From Acidobacteriota bacterium (GTDB lineage Bacteria > Acidobacteriota > Terriglobia > 20CM-2-55-15): 64,000 nucleotides of DNA. This document shows, in pieces, positions 9,376 through 21,400 of this stretch. Numbering within the stretch: the stretch's first letter is position 1; the number at the start of each line of letters is the position of its first letter. Position numbers and translations under genes: made by a program. The stretch covers positions 10,015-74,014 of the forward strand of contig JAJEEE010000010.1 in the NCBI GenBank assembly GCA_022821145.1, given 5' to 3'. The notes below the pieces were generated by a model that did not search any database, was not told where the DNA came from, and worked only from the letters and a program-made list of their open reading frames with translations.

Positions 9376-12099
9376 CTAGTCCCCGCCCAGCATGACCGGC
9401 TGGGCCGAGCCGTAGTAGATGCCGTTGAACAGGAACTTGAACGTGCCGTGCGGTTGGGCGCGGAAGGCGATCTCCGGGCCGAACAGCAGGAGCCGGCCCG
9501 CGCCGACCTCCGCGTCCACGATGGCCGCGGCGTCTTCGAGACGCTCCTCGCCCCAGGCCCAACCGCTTCGAAGGGGCCGGGAACCGAAGCGGGCGACGGC
9601 CCGGACACCGGACGCGTCCGCGTCCAACCGGAACGCCGGGCTGTTGGCAAAGACGACGTCGACCCGGGCGTCGAGACCGTAGGCCAGCGGGTGCGCCGAG
9701 TCCACCTCGACTTCCAGGATGGACCCCGGAACGTAGAATTCCTCTCGCTCCAATCGGCGCGTGCGCCCGTCGGGCGTCGTTTCCTGGAGCGCGCTCGACA
9801 GCGGCAGCCCCAGGTGCTCGGCCAGCGACGTCGAGCCCCCGATGGCCAGAACCGTGCCGCCCGACTCCATGAACCGGCGCAACGCCGGCACGGTCGTCTC
9901 GATCGACACGTCCCCCATGCGAGACGCGTATTCCTCGGGAATGTCCCGTCCGGCGCCGTTCCGGTTCGGATCGCGGGCGCGTTCCCGCGCCGGGATGGCG
10001 CCGTCGACGAAAATCAGGACATCGAAGTCCTCCGCCAGCGCGCCCGAATCCAGCTCCGGCGCATAGATGACCTCGAACGGAAACTCGAAGTTCTCCAGGA
10101 TGAACCGCGTCCAGCCCGACGGGGCCGAGCCGCCGTAACGGTCCCACAGGCCAACGCGCACCGGTTGGAGCCGGAACGCCGTGACGTCGGGACGAGAGGC
10201 TGTCGCCTCGAACCGCAATCCGCGCTCCCTGGCCAGTTCCGACAACCGGGACGCCGCGCCGGCGCCGACGTCCAGGTAGATCGTGCCCGACGGCCAGGTG
10301 CGGCCGTCGACCTCGAACGGCTCGCGCAGCCGGTAGACCCCCTCGGTCGAGACCAGGCGGTTGATGGCCACGAACGCGTCGTTCACGCCGGAACTCAGGA
10401 AATAACCCTGTTGGCCGGGAACGGCGCCGACGCGGCCGGCCGGCGCGTCGATGAGGCCGGGCACGCGCTCGAAGGGTCCGTCGAAGGCGTCCAGCACCCG
10501 GTCGAACTCCACGCCCATCTGGTAGGCGAGCGTCCACCCCGTCGTGTCGTAGGGCGGCGTGGGCGGCGCTCCCGGATAGGCGAAGTCGTCCGGATAGTCC
10601 TGGGGCTCGAACATGTCCATGACGTGCGGCCGGAACGCTTGCGCGGCGCGGACGACGTAGGAACCGGCCGGGTAGTCCACGCCGTCGATCTCGAAGTCCC
10701 CCACGGCCCGTTCGATCGCGACGCCGTTCTTGATCAGGGCGTTGACGAACCGGGTCGCGGTCGCGAAGTCCGGCTGATCGGCCGTAAGAATGTATCCCCT
10801 CGGGTCCCGGAGTTCCGGCGCCCGCAGGCGCTCGAACGCGTCACCGGCATCGGCCGGCGCATCCTGCACCCGGGCCACACGGTCGGGCGTTATGGTCCAA
10901 CTGTCCCGCCCGCCCCGTTCGATGGAGTTCATCCCCATCCGCCAGATGTTGAAAAGAAGCGCGTCCCGGTACCGGGACGCGACGTCCAGAACGGCGCGGT
11001 TGGCCGTGACGGAGTAGTCGATCGACTGCCGGAAATGCCAGGTTTGAGGTTCGACCGGGCGTGGATAGTCGCCCCGGGGCAACTGCAGGTCCAGCTCGAA
11101 CGGAATCTCCATCGGCGTCGGGTGGCCGATCATCTCCGTGAGGAGCCCGATCATGTTGTGGAAATACGGCGTGGTCCGAAGACCCCCGTTCCACCACGTT
11201 GAGTAGGACGCGCCGGACCGCATCGTGGCGCCCGGCTTGTCTTCGGCGAGGAAGCGCGTGTGCATGGCGCCGGCGACCAGATCCAGACTGGTCACGATCA
11301 ACGGGTCGAAGTTGTAGTTGAACGGATCCCGGAACGGGGGCGCGAACAGGACGGTGCCGTCGGGCCCGGACTGGTGGTGGTTGTAGACGATCTGGGGAAA
11401 CCACTCGCGGTAGAGCACCCGGTTGACGGCTTCGGTCTCCGGTTGCGACGACATGTAGAAGTCGCGGTTGTTGTCGTGCCCGGTGTACTTCTGGTAGAGG
11501 CGGGGAAGATCGTCCAGCGTCCGCCGCTCGGGATCGGGCTCGCGCATGTACCAGTCGGCGACCAGATCCAGGCCGTCCGGGTTGACGCAAACGGCCAGCA
11601 GGATCGTGTCGTCCAGGAATCGCAGCGTCTCCGGATCGTCGCGGCTCACCATCTGATGGACAAACTCCATCAATTGCTGCGCTCCGAGCGTCTCGTCGGC
11701 GTGCAGCCCGCCGTCGATCCAGACGATGGCGCGGCCGGCGGCGGCCAGTTCCCGCGCCTGGTTCTCGTCGACGCCTTCGGCCAGCGCCAGGCGCCGCGCA
11801 ATCGACCGGTGCGCGTCCAGGTTGCGGTGGTTCTCGGGCGAGGTGATGATGGCCATGTAGATGGGGCGGCCTTCGGCCGACTCCCCGATCACGTCCAGGC
11901 GCATCCGGTCGGACTCGTCGGCGAGACGCGTCCAGTAGTCCTCGAGCTGTGTGTAATTCGCCAACCGGTAGTCGTCGCCGAGGTTGAAGCCGAACTGCTC
12001 CAGCGGCGAGGTGACGCCGGTCTGCGCCGCACCGGCGGACCGCCCCGAAAACAGCAGCGCCAACAGCAACGCCGCGCCGTGGACCCGGAGTCGTGGCAT
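9376..12099 (-). CDS. Secreted M14-family zinc carboxypeptidase
   Basis: Signal peptide; GGLHADE (HxxE), NPDG, NRD, NHHQ; C-terminal GATase-like region. Confidence 0.85.
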   Translation of the reverse strand: MPRLRVHGAALLLALLFSGRSAGAAQTGVTSPLEQFGFNLGDDYRLANYTQLEDYWTRLADESDRMRLDVIGESAEGRPIYMAIITSPENHRNLDAHRSIARRLALAEGVDENQARELAAAGRAIVWIDGGLHADETLGAQQLMEFVHQMVSRDDPETLRFLDDTILLAVCVNPDGLDLVADWYMREPDPERRTLDDLPRLYQKYTGHDNNRDFYMSSQPETEAVNRVLYREWFPQIVYNHHQSGPDGTVLFAPPFRDPFNYNFDPLIVTSLDLVAGAMHTRFLAEDKPGATMRSGASYSTWWNGGLRTTPYFHNMIGLLTEMIGHPTPMEIPFELDLQLPRGDYPRPVEPQTWHFRQSIDYSVTANRAVLDVASRYRDALLFNIWRMGMNSIERGGRDSWTITPDRVARVQDAPADAGDAFERLRAPELRDPRGYILTADQPDFATATRFVNALIKNGVAIERAVGDFEIDGVDYPAGSYVVRAAQAFRPHVMDMFEPQDYPDDFAYPGAPPTPPYDTTGWTLAYQMGVEFDRVLDAFDGPFERVPGLIDAPAGRVGAVPGQQGYFLSSGVNDAFVAINRLVSTEGVYRLREPFEVDGRTWPSGTIYLDVGAGAASRLSELARERGLRFEATASRPDVTAFRLQPVRVGLWDRYGGSAPSGWTRFILENFEFPFEVIYAPELDSGALAEDFDVLIFVDGAIPARERARDPNRNGAGRDIPEEYASRMGDVSIETTVPALRRFMESGGTVLAIGGSTSLAEHLGLPLSSALQETTPDGRTRRLEREEFYVPGSILEVEVDSAHPLAYGLDARVDVVFANSPAFRLDADASGVRAVARFGSRPLRSGWAWGEERLEDAAAIVDAEVGAGRLLLFGPEIAFRAQPHGTFKFLFNGIYYGSAQPVMLGGD

Positions 12100-12242
12100 G
12101 AGAAAGGCCGTTTACCCGTGAATGTGGATCGTTCCGGTCTTGATTGTAGGAACTCGCACCGGGGTGAGCCACCCCAAATGTGCTAAAAACACAGGACGGA
12201 CCGCCCGCATCCGGCGATCAACAAGGACGAGTCGACGCCAGC

Positions 12243-12545
12243 ATGCCCATCGATCCCGCGTTTCGCCAGATTATCGCCTCGCTCCGACGGTCGCCACGGT
12301 GGGACGAGTCGCTCGACCTGCGCCTGCTCCAGGCGCTTTGGCCGGCGCTGGTCGGCGCATCGCTCGCCGAGTCGACCTCGGTCGTCGGCATTCGCGGCTC
12401 GAGGATCCTGGTCCAGGTGCCCGATCGAAACTGGGAACGGCAATTGCGGTCCATCCGGGGACGCATTCTCGCGAGGGTGAACGAACCCTGGCCGAACCGC
12501 TGGATCAACGACATAGGATTCACGTATGAAGATCAGCGCCGCTGA
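12243..12545 (+). CDS. DciA/DUF721-like protein
   Basis: W..LVG..LA..T.......L.V.V....W..QL......IL..VN pattern. Confidence 0.7.
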   Translation: MPIDPAFRQIIASLRRSPRWDESLDLRLLQALWPALVGASLAESTSVVGIRGSRILVQVPDRNWERQLRSIRGRILARVNEPWPNRWINDIGFTYEDQRR

Positions 12546-12807
12546 CGTCGCCTACGTCGCCGCACTCGCGAACCTCGACGTGGGCGACGGCGAGAAGGAC
12601 GCGTTGGCCTCTCAACTGAGCCGAATCGTTCAGTACGTCGAACAGTTGGAGCAGCTCGACACGGCCGCGGTGGAACCGACGGCGCAGGTCGTCGCCGACG
12701 GGGGCCGCGCCGAGCGCGGGGACCGCGTCGAGCCTCGCGACGGGAGCTCCGAAGCGGCCGAGACGGTGGGGCTGTTTCGTGTGCCCAAGGTGATCGGCGA
12801 GCGATGA
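12526..12807 (+). CDS. gatC: Asp/Glu-tRNA amidotransferase subunit C
   Basis: I...DV.YVA.LA.L, QL..I..YVEQL..LDT..VEPT, F.VPKVI; precedes gatA. Confidence 0.9.
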   Translation: MKISAADVAYVAALANLDVGDGEKDALASQLSRIVQYVEQLEQLDTAAVEPTAQVVADGGRAERGDRVEPRDGSSEAAETVGLFRVPKVIGER

Positions 12808-14243
12808 GCCCGAAGCCCGCCACGATCGCCGAGCTTGCGCGCGACTACCGGGAGGGCCGCGCCCGGGCGAGCGACGTCATCGCCCGGACCATGGACGCCA
12901 TCGAGCGTTCTGAACCCGGCCTGAACGCGTTCGTTTCGACACGCCGCGACAAGGCGATGGACGAAGCCCGCGCCGCCGACGCGGCCTTCGACGAAGGCCG
13001 GCCGGTGGGGACGCTGGCCGGGATTCCCATCGCCGTCAAGGACAACATGCATATCCGCGGGGAACCCACCACCTGCGCGTCCCGCATATTGGAGAACTAC
13101 GTCCCGCCGTACCACTCGACGGCCGTCGACCGCCTGCGGTCGGCGGGCGCGATCGTCGTCGGCAAGACGAACATGGACGAGTTCGCGATGGGATCCTCCA
13201 CGGAGAACTCGGCGTTCTCGCCGACTCGCAACCCCCGCGACCCCGAACGCGTACCGGGGGGCTCCAGCGGCGGTTCGGCCGCGGCCGTCGCCGCCGGGCT
13301 GGTGCCCGCGGCGCTGGGATCCGACACGGGCGGCTCGATCCGGCAGCCCGCGTCCTTCTGCGGCGTCGTGGGCCTGAAACCGACCTACGGTCGCGTGTCG
13401 CGCTACGGGCTGGTCGCCTTCGGCTCGTCGCTCGACCAGATCGGCCCGTTGACGGGTTCCGTCGCCGACACGGCCCGGATCCTCCAGGCCATCGCCGGTT
13501 TCGATCCGCTGGACTCGACATCGGCCGACGTGCCCGCGCCGGACTGGATCCGTGAACTGGACGCGCCCGTCCAGGGAACGAAGGTGGGCGTCCCGAAAGA
13601 GTATTTCGCGGACGGGATGGATGCCGGCGTCGCGGAACGCGTGCGCGCGGGAATCGACCGTCTCGAGGGACTCGGTTGCCGGATCGAGGAACTGAGCCTC
13701 CCCCATACCGAATTCGCGGTGGCGACGTATTACCTGATCTGCACCGCCGAGGCCAGTTCCAACCTGGCGCGGTACGACGGCGTTCGGTACGGTTTGCGCG
13801 CCGGCGGCGACACGCTGCAGTCGATGTACCGCCGAACGCGGATGGCCGGCTTCGGACCCGAGGTGAAGCGCCGCATTCTGCTGGGCACCTACGCATTGAG
13901 CGCGGGATACTACGACGCGTACTACTTGAAGGCCCAGAAGGTGCGGACGCTGATTCTGGAGGACTTCCGGAAAGCGTTCGAGCGCGTGGACCTGTTGGTG
14001 ACGCCCACGACGCCGACCCCGGCCTTCCGGATCGGGGAAAACATCGATGACCCGTTGGCGATGTACCTGAACGACATCTTCACGACCACGTGCAACCTGG
14101 CCGGTTTGCCGGGCGTGTCCGTCCCGTGCGGCCGTATCGGACGCCTTCCGGTCGGTATGCAGTTGATCGGGAAACACTTCGATGAGGGCGCGGTGCTCCG
14201 GGCGGCGCACCACTTCGAACAGGCCGGCGGATTCGATGGTTAG
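12804..14243 (+). CDS. gatA: Asp/Glu-tRNA amidotransferase subunit A
   Basis: [58 protein letters not shown]. Confidence 0.97.
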   Translation: MSPKPATIAELARDYREGRARASDVIARTMDAIERSEPGLNAFVSTRRDKAMDEARAADAAFDEGRPVGTLAGIPIAVKDNMHIRGEPTTCASRILENYVPPYHSTAVDRLRSAGAIVVGKTNMDEFAMGSSTENSAFSPTRNPRDPERVPGGSSGGSAAAVAAGLVPAALGSDTGGSIRQPASFCGVVGLKPTYGRVSRYGLVAFGSSLDQIGPLTGSVADTARILQAIAGFDPLDSTSADVPAPDWIRELDAPVQGTKVGVPKEYFADGMDAGVAERVRAGIDRLEGLGCRIEELSLPHTEFAVATYYLICTAEASSNLARYDGVRYGLRAGGDTLQSMYRRTRMAGFGPEVKRRILLGTYALSAGYYDAYYLKAQKVRTLILEDFRKAFERVDLLVTPTTPTPAFRIGENIDDPLAMYLNDIFTTTCNLAGLPGVSVPCGRIGRLPVGMQLIGKHFDEGAVLRAAHHFEQAGGFDG

Positions 14244-14796
14244 CCGCCTGTGGATGTCCGGCGTCGCGCTCTTCATGCCCGCCGCCGTCGCCGCGGCGCA
14301 GGAAGCGGAGTTCAAGCTCGGCGTCGTGCACATCGAGGAGGTGGTCGAAGGCAGCCCCGACTTCAGGCGGGCATCCGAACAGTGGGCCGCCGTTCTCGAG
14401 GAGAGGACCCGCGAGATCCAGCAACGGCAGCTCGAGTTGCGCGACGCCGAGAGGCTTCTGGTCGGAGAGGGCGCTCCCGAGGGAGACGAACGATCGGCCT
14501 TGATCGACCGCATCGACCGTTTGCGCGTCGAAATCGAACGCATGAGCACGGACGCCCAGCGCGAACTCGACATCGTGCGCCGAGGGCTGCTCGAGCCCGT
14601 CGTGGCGAGGGTGCGCGCCCTGGTCGAGACCTACGGCGAGGAGAACGGATTCGACCTGATACTGGACACTTCGGCGCCCGAGGTCGCGCTGGCGCTGGCC
14701 ATCCGGGATATCGAGATCACCGACGAGCTGCTCGCCATACTCGAGGCGGCCGAAACGCCGGACGCCGTCACGGACGATCCGGACGCGGAGCCCTGA
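14236..14796 (+). CDS. OmpH/Skp-family periplasmic chaperone
   Basis: Signal peptide, K.GVV, coiled-coil, GFDLILD, EITDELL. Confidence 0.75.
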   Translation: MVSRLWMSGVALFMPAAVAAAQEAEFKLGVVHIEEVVEGSPDFRRASEQWAAVLEERTREIQQRQLELRDAERLLVGEGAPEGDERSALIDRIDRLRVEIERMSTDAQRELDIVRRGLLEPVVARVRALVETYGEENGFDLILDTSAPEVALALAIRDIEITDELLAILEAAETPDAVTDDPDAEP

Positions 14797-14826
14797 GCGC
14801 CCGGCCGCGGCACGGCGGTCCCCACC

Positions 14827-15768
14827 ATGACGACGGCGTCACCGAAGATTCGTTTGCTCGGGGAAGGCGACCTGGACGCGGCGGACCGCATCGTCCGGCT
14901 CGCTTTCGGCACGTTCAACGGTCTGTCCGATCCCATGGAGTTCATGGGGGACGCCGGCTACGTCCACACGCGCTGGAAGGCGAATCCGGCGTCGGCGTTC
15001 GCCGCGGAGGTCGAAGGGCGTCTCGCCGGGTCCAACTTCGCCGCGCGGTGGGGTTCGTTCGCTTTCTTCGGGCCGCTTTCGATCGATCCCGCGTTCTGGA
15101 ACCGGGGCTTCGCCGGCGCCCTGATCGAACCGGTGATCGGCGCGTTCGATCAGTGGGGTGTCACTCTGGCCGGTCTGTTCACTCATGCTCAGAGCCCCAA
15201 GCACATCGGTCTCTACCAGAAATTCGGCTTCCGCCCGCGCTCGCTGACGCTGATACTCGAAAAGGCGTCCGGACAAGGGGACGGCGGGGACGGCTGGACC
15301 CGTCATTCCCGGCTGGACGCCGCGCAGCGCCGCGAAGCCCTGGGCGGCTGCCGGCGCTTGACCGACAGCGTCTATCCCGGGCTGGACGTGACGCCCGAGA
15401 TCGAGTCGATTCGGCGGCAGTCGCTGGGCGATACGATCCTGCTCGGAAGCGGCGATGTCGACGGTTTCGCCGCCTGTCACTCCGGCGCCGGCAGCGAGGC
15501 CGGCAGCGGGGTGGTCTACGTCAAGTTCGGCGCCGTGGTCCCCGGCGATCGCGGGGCGTTCCGACGACTGCTTCGGGCCGTGGAGTCCTTTGCCGCATCC
15601 ATCGGCGCCGCGCGTATCGTGGCCGGCGTCAACACGGCGCGGGAGGAAGCCTACGAAGACGTGCTCGCGGCCGGCTTTCGCGTGTTGCGCACCGGCATCG
15701 CCATGCATCGACCCAACGCCCCGGGATTCAACCGGCCCGGCGTGTTCGTGATCGACGACTGGCGCTGA
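14827..15768 (+). CDS. GNAT-family N-acetyltransferase (tandem GNAT)
   Basis: FGPLSIDPAFWNRGFAGAL, GLYQKFGF acetyl-CoA motifs. Confidence 0.75.
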   Translation: MTTASPKIRLLGEGDLDAADRIVRLAFGTFNGLSDPMEFMGDAGYVHTRWKANPASAFAAEVEGRLAGSNFAARWGSFAFFGPLSIDPAFWNRGFAGALIEPVIGAFDQWGVTLAGLFTHAQSPKHIGLYQKFGFRPRSLTLILEKASGQGDGGDGWTRHSRLDAAQRREALGGCRRLTDSVYPGLDVTPEIESIRRQSLGDTILLGSGDVDGFAACHSGAGSEAGSGVVYVKFGAVVPGDRGAFRRLLRAVESFAASIGAARIVAGVNTAREEAYEDVLAAGFRVLRTGIAMHRPNAPGFNRPGVFVIDDWR

Positions 15769-15926
15769 GGGTCTCCCCGGACGCCCCGAGGGTGGTCCAA
15801 CGGCCCGCAGGAACGTCGCGTGACGACGGGTTCGTGGAAGCAGGCCGGAGTTTCGCCATTGTCTGGCGATTCGGCCGCGATGGCAGTATGCTATCGAAAC
15901 GTTTCGACGACACAGGAGCCAGCAAC

Positions 15927-16823
15927 ATGGAACGGACACGTATCGAGCGCCGCAAACGCCTGCGAACGGCCGGCCCGGCCTTCGCGATGGCTTGCCTGCT
16001 CGCGCCGGCGGCCACGGCGCAGGACATCCAGGTTCAACGGGACATCGTGTACGGCACCGTCGACGGGATGGCGCTGGGGCTCGACCTCTACATGCCGCCC
16101 GGCGTCGAGGCGCCTCCGCTGGTCGTGTTCGTCCACGGCGGCGCATGGCGCGCCGGCAACAAGGACCGCGCCCCGATGGTGTTCCCGGAGAACGGCTTCG
16201 CGATGGCCAGCCTGGATTTCCGTCAATCCGGAGACGCGCCGTTCCCCGCCATGGTCCATGACATCAAGGGAGCGATCCGGTTCCTGCGGGACCACGCCGA
16301 CGACTACGGCTACAACGCCGAGAAGATCGCGATCACCGGCCAGTCCTCGGGCGGGCACTTGGCGGCGCTGGTCGGCGTCACGAACGGGCACGCCGAGCTC
16401 GAAGGCGCCGTCGGGGGCCACCAGAACGTGTCGTCCGACATTCAGGCCATCATCAGTTATTTCGGCGCGTCGGACCTGACGACGATCCTGGACCAGTCGA
16501 CGCCGTTCGGGATGAACATGCGTCCGCCGGCGCTGGAGCAACTGCTGGGCGCCCTTCCCGAAGACGCCCCCGAGATCGCTCGGTTGGCGAGCCCGGTCTA
16601 TCATGTCGACGCCGACGATCCGCCGCTCCTGCTGTTCCACGGGGACCGCGACCCCCAGATGCCGATCAACCAGGCCCACCAGCTCGAAGGGGAATACGAG
16701 GCGCTGGGACTGGACGTGCACTTCGACACCGTGCACGGATCCGCCCACGGGGGCCCGGGTTTCTTCGATGAGCTGCACCTGCCGCCCGCCATCGAATTCC
16801 TGCAACGCACGATCGGGGAGTAG
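15927..16823 (+). CDS. Secreted alpha/beta hydrolase (BD-FAE-like esterase)
   Basis: AGGAG RBS; HGGAW, GQSSGG nucleophile, HGDRD, HG. Confidence 0.85.
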   Translation: MERTRIERRKRLRTAGPAFAMACLLAPAATAQDIQVQRDIVYGTVDGMALGLDLYMPPGVEAPPLVVFVHGGAWRAGNKDRAPMVFPENGFAMASLDFRQSGDAPFPAMVHDIKGAIRFLRDHADDYGYNAEKIAITGQSSGGHLAALVGVTNGHAELEGAVGGHQNVSSDIQAIISYFGASDLTTILDQSTPFGMNMRPPALEQLLGALPEDAPEIARLASPVYHVDADDPPLLLFHGDRDPQMPINQAHQLEGEYEALGLDVHFDTVHGSAHGGPGFFDELHLPPAIEFLQRTIGE

Positions 16824-16874
16824 CAAACTGGATCGAATGCGCGCGCGTTCGCGCTGCCGGCGCCGGTTCGAGCG

Positions 16875-17444
16875 ATGCCGAAGACCCTGACGGCCATCGA
16901 TGACCGGATCCGGGAGTTCATCGAATCGCAACACGTGTTCTTCGTCGCGACGGCGCCGTCCGGCGCGGACGGACACGTCAACGTGTCGCCCAAGGGGATC
17001 GACGGGCTGCACGTCCTGGACTCCAGGACCCTCGCGTACCTCGATTACGTGGGCGGCGGGGTGGAAACCATCGCCCACCTCCGCCAGAACGGACGCATCG
17101 TGATCATGGTCTGCGCTTTCGAAGGGGCTCCCCGCGTGATCCGGGTCCACGGAAAGGGCGTCGTGATCGAGCCGGGCGACGTCGAGTTCGACGCGGCGGT
17201 TCGCCGGTTGGGAAAGACCCCGGCCGCGCACGGCCTTCGATCCGTGATCCGCGTCGCCGTCGAGCGCGTCGGCGACTCCCGGGGTTACGGCGTGCCCAAC
17301 TACGTTTACCGCGGCCCGCGTACGGAACTGGACCAGTGGGCGTCGCACAAGGACCCGCCCGAGCTGCGAGACTACCAGCGCCGCGAGAACGCATCGAGCA
17401 TCGACGGCCTTCCGGGACTCCACTGGACGGAACGGACCGGATAG
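16875..17444 (+). CDS. Pyridoxamine 5'-phosphate oxidase-family FMN-binding protein
   Basis: FFVATAP, VNVSPKG, ETIAHLRQNGRI, CAFEGAP, SIDGLPG. Confidence 0.85.
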   Translation: MPKTLTAIDDRIREFIESQHVFFVATAPSGADGHVNVSPKGIDGLHVLDSRTLAYLDYVGGGVETIAHLRQNGRIVIMVCAFEGAPRVIRVHGKGVVIEPGDVEFDAAVRRLGKTPAAHGLRSVIRVAVERVGDSRGYGVPNYVYRGPRTELDQWASHKDPPELRDYQRRENASSIDGLPGLHWTERTG

Positions 17445-17449
17445 GAACC

Positions 17450-17971
17450 GTGGACCTGAAGTACCCCATCGGCCGATTCGAGTTCACCGGGCCGCTGTCC
17501 GAGGACGAGCGGCTGGAATGCATCCGCCGGATCGAGGCGGCGCCGGCGCGGTTGCGCGCCGCCGTGGACGACCTGTCCGTGGAGCAACTCGACACCCGTT
17601 ACCGGCCCGGTGGATGGACCGTCCGCCAGGTCGTGCACCATCTCCCCGACAGCCACCTCAACAGCTACACGCGTTTCCGGCTCGCGCTGACCGAGAACGA
17701 TCCGACCATCCGCGCGTACGACGAGGCGGCGTGGGCCGAGTTGCACGACGCCCGGTCGGGCCCCGTCGGCATGTCGCTCGACCTGCTGGACGCGCTGCAT
17801 CGCCGCTGGGCCGGCCTTTTGCGGAACATGAGCGACGGCGATTTCGGACGCGGCTTCCGTCATCCCGAGTTGGGAACGGTCACGCTGGACAGGAACGTCG
17901 CCCTGTATGCGTGGCATGGACGGCACCACATCGCCCAGATCACGTCGTTGCGGCAACGGAGGGAGTGGTAG
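17450..17971 (+). CDS. YfiT/BstA-like DinB-superfamily thiol transferase
   Basis: DLKYPIG, YRPGGWTVRQVVHHLPDSH, YAWHGRHH. Confidence 0.85.
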   Translation: MDLKYPIGRFEFTGPLSEDERLECIRRIEAAPARLRAAVDDLSVEQLDTRYRPGGWTVRQVVHHLPDSHLNSYTRFRLALTENDPTIRAYDEAAWAELHDARSGPVGMSLDLLDALHRRWAGLLRNMSDGDFGRGFRHPELGTVTLDRNVALYAWHGRHHIAQITSLRQRREW

Positions 17972-17979
17972 AGAAACCC

Positions 17980-18441
17980 ATGTCCGAACACAGAGCGCTC
18001 GTGAACTGGACCCTGGACGAGAACGGCGAGTTCCTCAAGGGACGGTTTTCCCGAAAACATACGTGGACGTTCGACGGGGGCCTGACCGTGCCGGCGTCGC
18101 CATCTCCGGCCGTCGTCCGTGCGCCGTTCTCGGACCCCGGAGCCGTCGACCCCGAGGAAGCCTACGTCGCCTCCATCGCGAGCTGCCACATGCTGACGTT
18201 CCTGTTCCTGGCGTCCCGCAAGAAGTTCGAGGTCCGAAAGTACGAGGACGAGGCCGTCGGGCAGGTCGAGAAGGCGGAGAACGGCGTGCCCTGGGTGGCT
18301 TCGGTCGCTCTCCATCCGAGAATCGAGTACGGAGGCGACGCGCGTCCGACACCGGATGAGGAACGGCAGTTGCACGAAGCGGCTCACGCACAGTGCTTCA
18401 TCGCCAACTCCGTGAAGACGGAGGTCGCCGTCAACGTCTGA
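17980..18441 (+). CDS. OsmC-family protein
   Basis: DPEEA, SCHML, AH..CFIANSV two-Cys motif. Confidence 0.9.
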   Translation: MSEHRALVNWTLDENGEFLKGRFSRKHTWTFDGGLTVPASPSPAVVRAPFSDPGAVDPEEAYVASIASCHMLTFLFLASRKKFEVRKYEDEAVGQVEKAENGVPWVASVALHPRIEYGGDARPTPDEERQLHEAAHAQCFIANSVKTEVAVNV

Positions 18442-18465
18442 GATCGGGGAACGACCCGCAAGCGG

Positions 18466-21400
18466 TCAACGAAAGCGCGTCCTCAGGCGGATATCCAGAC
18501 CGACGGCCCCGGTTTCGTCCCGGGACGCGATGAACGACGTCCGGTTGTTGAGGAAGTACTCGATCAGGATGATTTCCTGCCGGTTCGACGACAGGTCCTG
18601 GGAATAGGTCACGATCAGATCGCGCGTCACCTGTTCCGAGATGGTAATGCGCGCCGCCGGATCGTTTTCCGCGCCGACAAGAAACGGGTCGATCCGAACC
18701 AGGCTTCCGAGGCCGAAACGCGATCCCACGCGTTCCGACAACAGGTCCGAAACCAAAGTCGCCGCCGCGCCCTGAAAGAGTTCCTCGCTGGTCGGAACGG
18801 CGCCGGCGTTGCTCGCGCCCGCGAGTTCCTCACGCGTGCGTCCGCCCGCCATCAGACTGACGATCTCCAGCTGCGGCAGCGGCGGATCGCTGCTCATGGC
18901 CATCTGGATGTCGCTGCCCGTGCCGGTGATCGTCAAGATCACGCGATAATCCCGGAGCTCGGTCTCGGCCTGGACGTCGATGCGCGGTTCGATGCCCACC
19001 GGATCGACAAAATCGACCGTGCCGCGGGTGATCAGGTAACGGTTCTCCTGCAAATCGAGAACGCCGTCGATGGATTCGACCCGGCCCGTCAGCGTCGGCT
19101 GTCCCAACGTGCCGCCGATGTCCAGGTCCAGCCGCGCGTCAACGCGGGCCAGTTCGTTTTCGATGCGGATGCCCCGCTCGCCCTGCACGTGCACGGCCAG
19201 CACCAGGGCATCGAAAAGACCGGCGTCGGCGGACAAGCCGCCACCCGAGGATTCCCCGAACAAGGTCAGAAACTCCTCGAAACTCTCCTCGAAGGACAGG
19301 CTCGAGATGTCCGCGTTGCCGTCGAGCGCCGGCGATTCGAGCGTGCCGCGAAGGGAGAGCGAAGCGTCGAAGGCGGCTCGGAGGCCTTGCGGCGTCCGGA
19401 CGCGGATGTCGCGGCCTTCCGCCTGCAGGTCCAGCCGGGACGGCCGGATTCCCTCGACCCCGATCGCGCCGCCGACGGTCACCGCGCCGCCTCCGGCCAC
19501 GCCGGTCACGTCGAACACGTTGATCTGATCCCCGGTGAACTGAATGTCGCCGTTCAACTCCGACAGGCCGAGGAACAAGTCCGGATGACTGATCGCGGCG
19601 GAGTTCAGCACAGCGAAACCATCGAGCTCAGGGTTCGCCAACGTGCCCACGACGCTGCCGCTGATCGACAGCGTTCCGCTGGTCTCCAGGTTCGGGAAAC
19701 GCGCCGACAGCACCGAGGACGACAACAGCGTCAGGTTGACGTCTCCATTGACGGCGAAATCGATTTCGGAGTCGGCGGCGAGCGACACGTCGCCGTCGAT
19801 GGTCATCGACGTGACCTCGCCGGCGAGCTCGACCCGGGAAAGGCGCACTTCCTCGGCGTCGAAGTCGAACGGAAACGGAGGAGAGGCGATCGCTTCTTCG
19901 TCCAGAAAGACCCGCAATTCCGCAACCTCCCCCTCCCCGTCGATCGACTCGAGATCGTTCAACTCGCCGTCGAACCGGGCCATCCCGGTCACCAGGACCG
20001 TGCCGGGCGCCATTCCCACGATTCCGGCCGCATCGTAGCGTGTGAACGCAGCGCGGCCGGCAAACGGATAGTTGTCGTCGAAGGTGTCCAGCTCGACGTC
20101 GATGCGCAGGTCCGAACCCATCTCGATTCGGGCCGCCGTCAGCGGCGACCCATCCGCGTCGTCGACCGTCGACACGGTGACGACCGCTTCGTCGAACGCC
20201 TGTTCCCGGAACCGGAGATCGTCGATCACCGCGCGGCCGTCGATCAGGGGATTCGCCGGTGTCCCACCGATGGTGAAGTCCGCTGTCCGGACCGTACCGC
20301 CCAGCGCGTCCGGGACGCCCAGCCACCGGAACGCCGCCAGCTCGTGGCCCGAGGCTTGCAGCGTCGAGTCCAACGCCCCCGTCGCGCGGTCGAATTCCAG
20401 ATCGCCGGTCACGGTAGACGGTCCTTGGCGCAGGCGGGCGTTCCGCAGCCGCACCGTGTCCCCGTTCACCGTCACGTCCGAGGCGGCATCCCCGAGACCG
20501 ATGCCGTCGTATTCCAGTCCGGCCACTTGAACCAGACCGCTAGCCTCGATGGGCGCGAGGGAATCCACTCGCAGGCGCCCGGAGAGCCGTCCGGCTGCGG
20601 GAACTGCCATTCGATCCGCGATTTCGGAAACGTCGACCGCATCCACCTCCACGTCGAGCGCGGGCTCCAGCGTTCGCACGTCGATTTCGCCATCGATAAC
20701 CAGGTGGGATTCCCCCACGTCGAGGCGGACGGCATCCAACGCGGCGACATCGCCCGCAAGTTCGATCCGGCCGGCAATCCGGTCGATCGGCAACGGGCCG
20801 CTCCCTCCAACCTCGAATTCGTAGCCTTCCAACGTGAATCGACCGGCGGCATCGGGGCGCGGCCAGCTCCCGCGGATGGATCCCGCGAACGAGCCCGTCC
20901 CCCGGGCTCTCGGATCGACGAACGCCAGGTCGGTCAGATCGCCGGAAACGAGGTCCACGGTCAAATCCACGCCCTCGGCGCCGACGAGTCCGGAGGCTTC
21001 GAGGGACGTGGCGCCCAGTTGGCCCGCCATCCCCTGCAGCTCGACCTCGCCGGGCCGTCCCCGATAGAAGGTCGTCCCGGCCACGGGCAGGTGAAGCGCC
21101 GCGCCCGGCGCCGTCGGTTCCGACGGCGAAAACGCGGCCTCGCCGGACAGATCGAAATCGTCGAATCGCCCGCGGAACCACCCGGCCATCGTTCCCGAGA
21201 CGCTCGAATCCAACACGGGGTCCGGACCCCATGGATAGAAACCGCGCAACAGGGCGGCGTCGATATCCTGATAGGCGAGATCAAGTTCGGCCCGCGAGGG
21301 ACCCGGCAAAGGGAGCACCCTCACGGCGCCGGTCGCGCGGCCGCCGAAGGCGTCGGCCTCGAGGTTGTCCGCCGTCAACACGCCGTCGGGGAACGTGTAC

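Noticed and set aside
3213-16823. Apparent long N-terminal extensions or fusions (3213-5753 ABC, 14250-16823 hydrolase, also 17518-18441)
   Set aside because: True starts lie downstream (4830, 15927, 17980); the extensions overlap other genes in shadow frames
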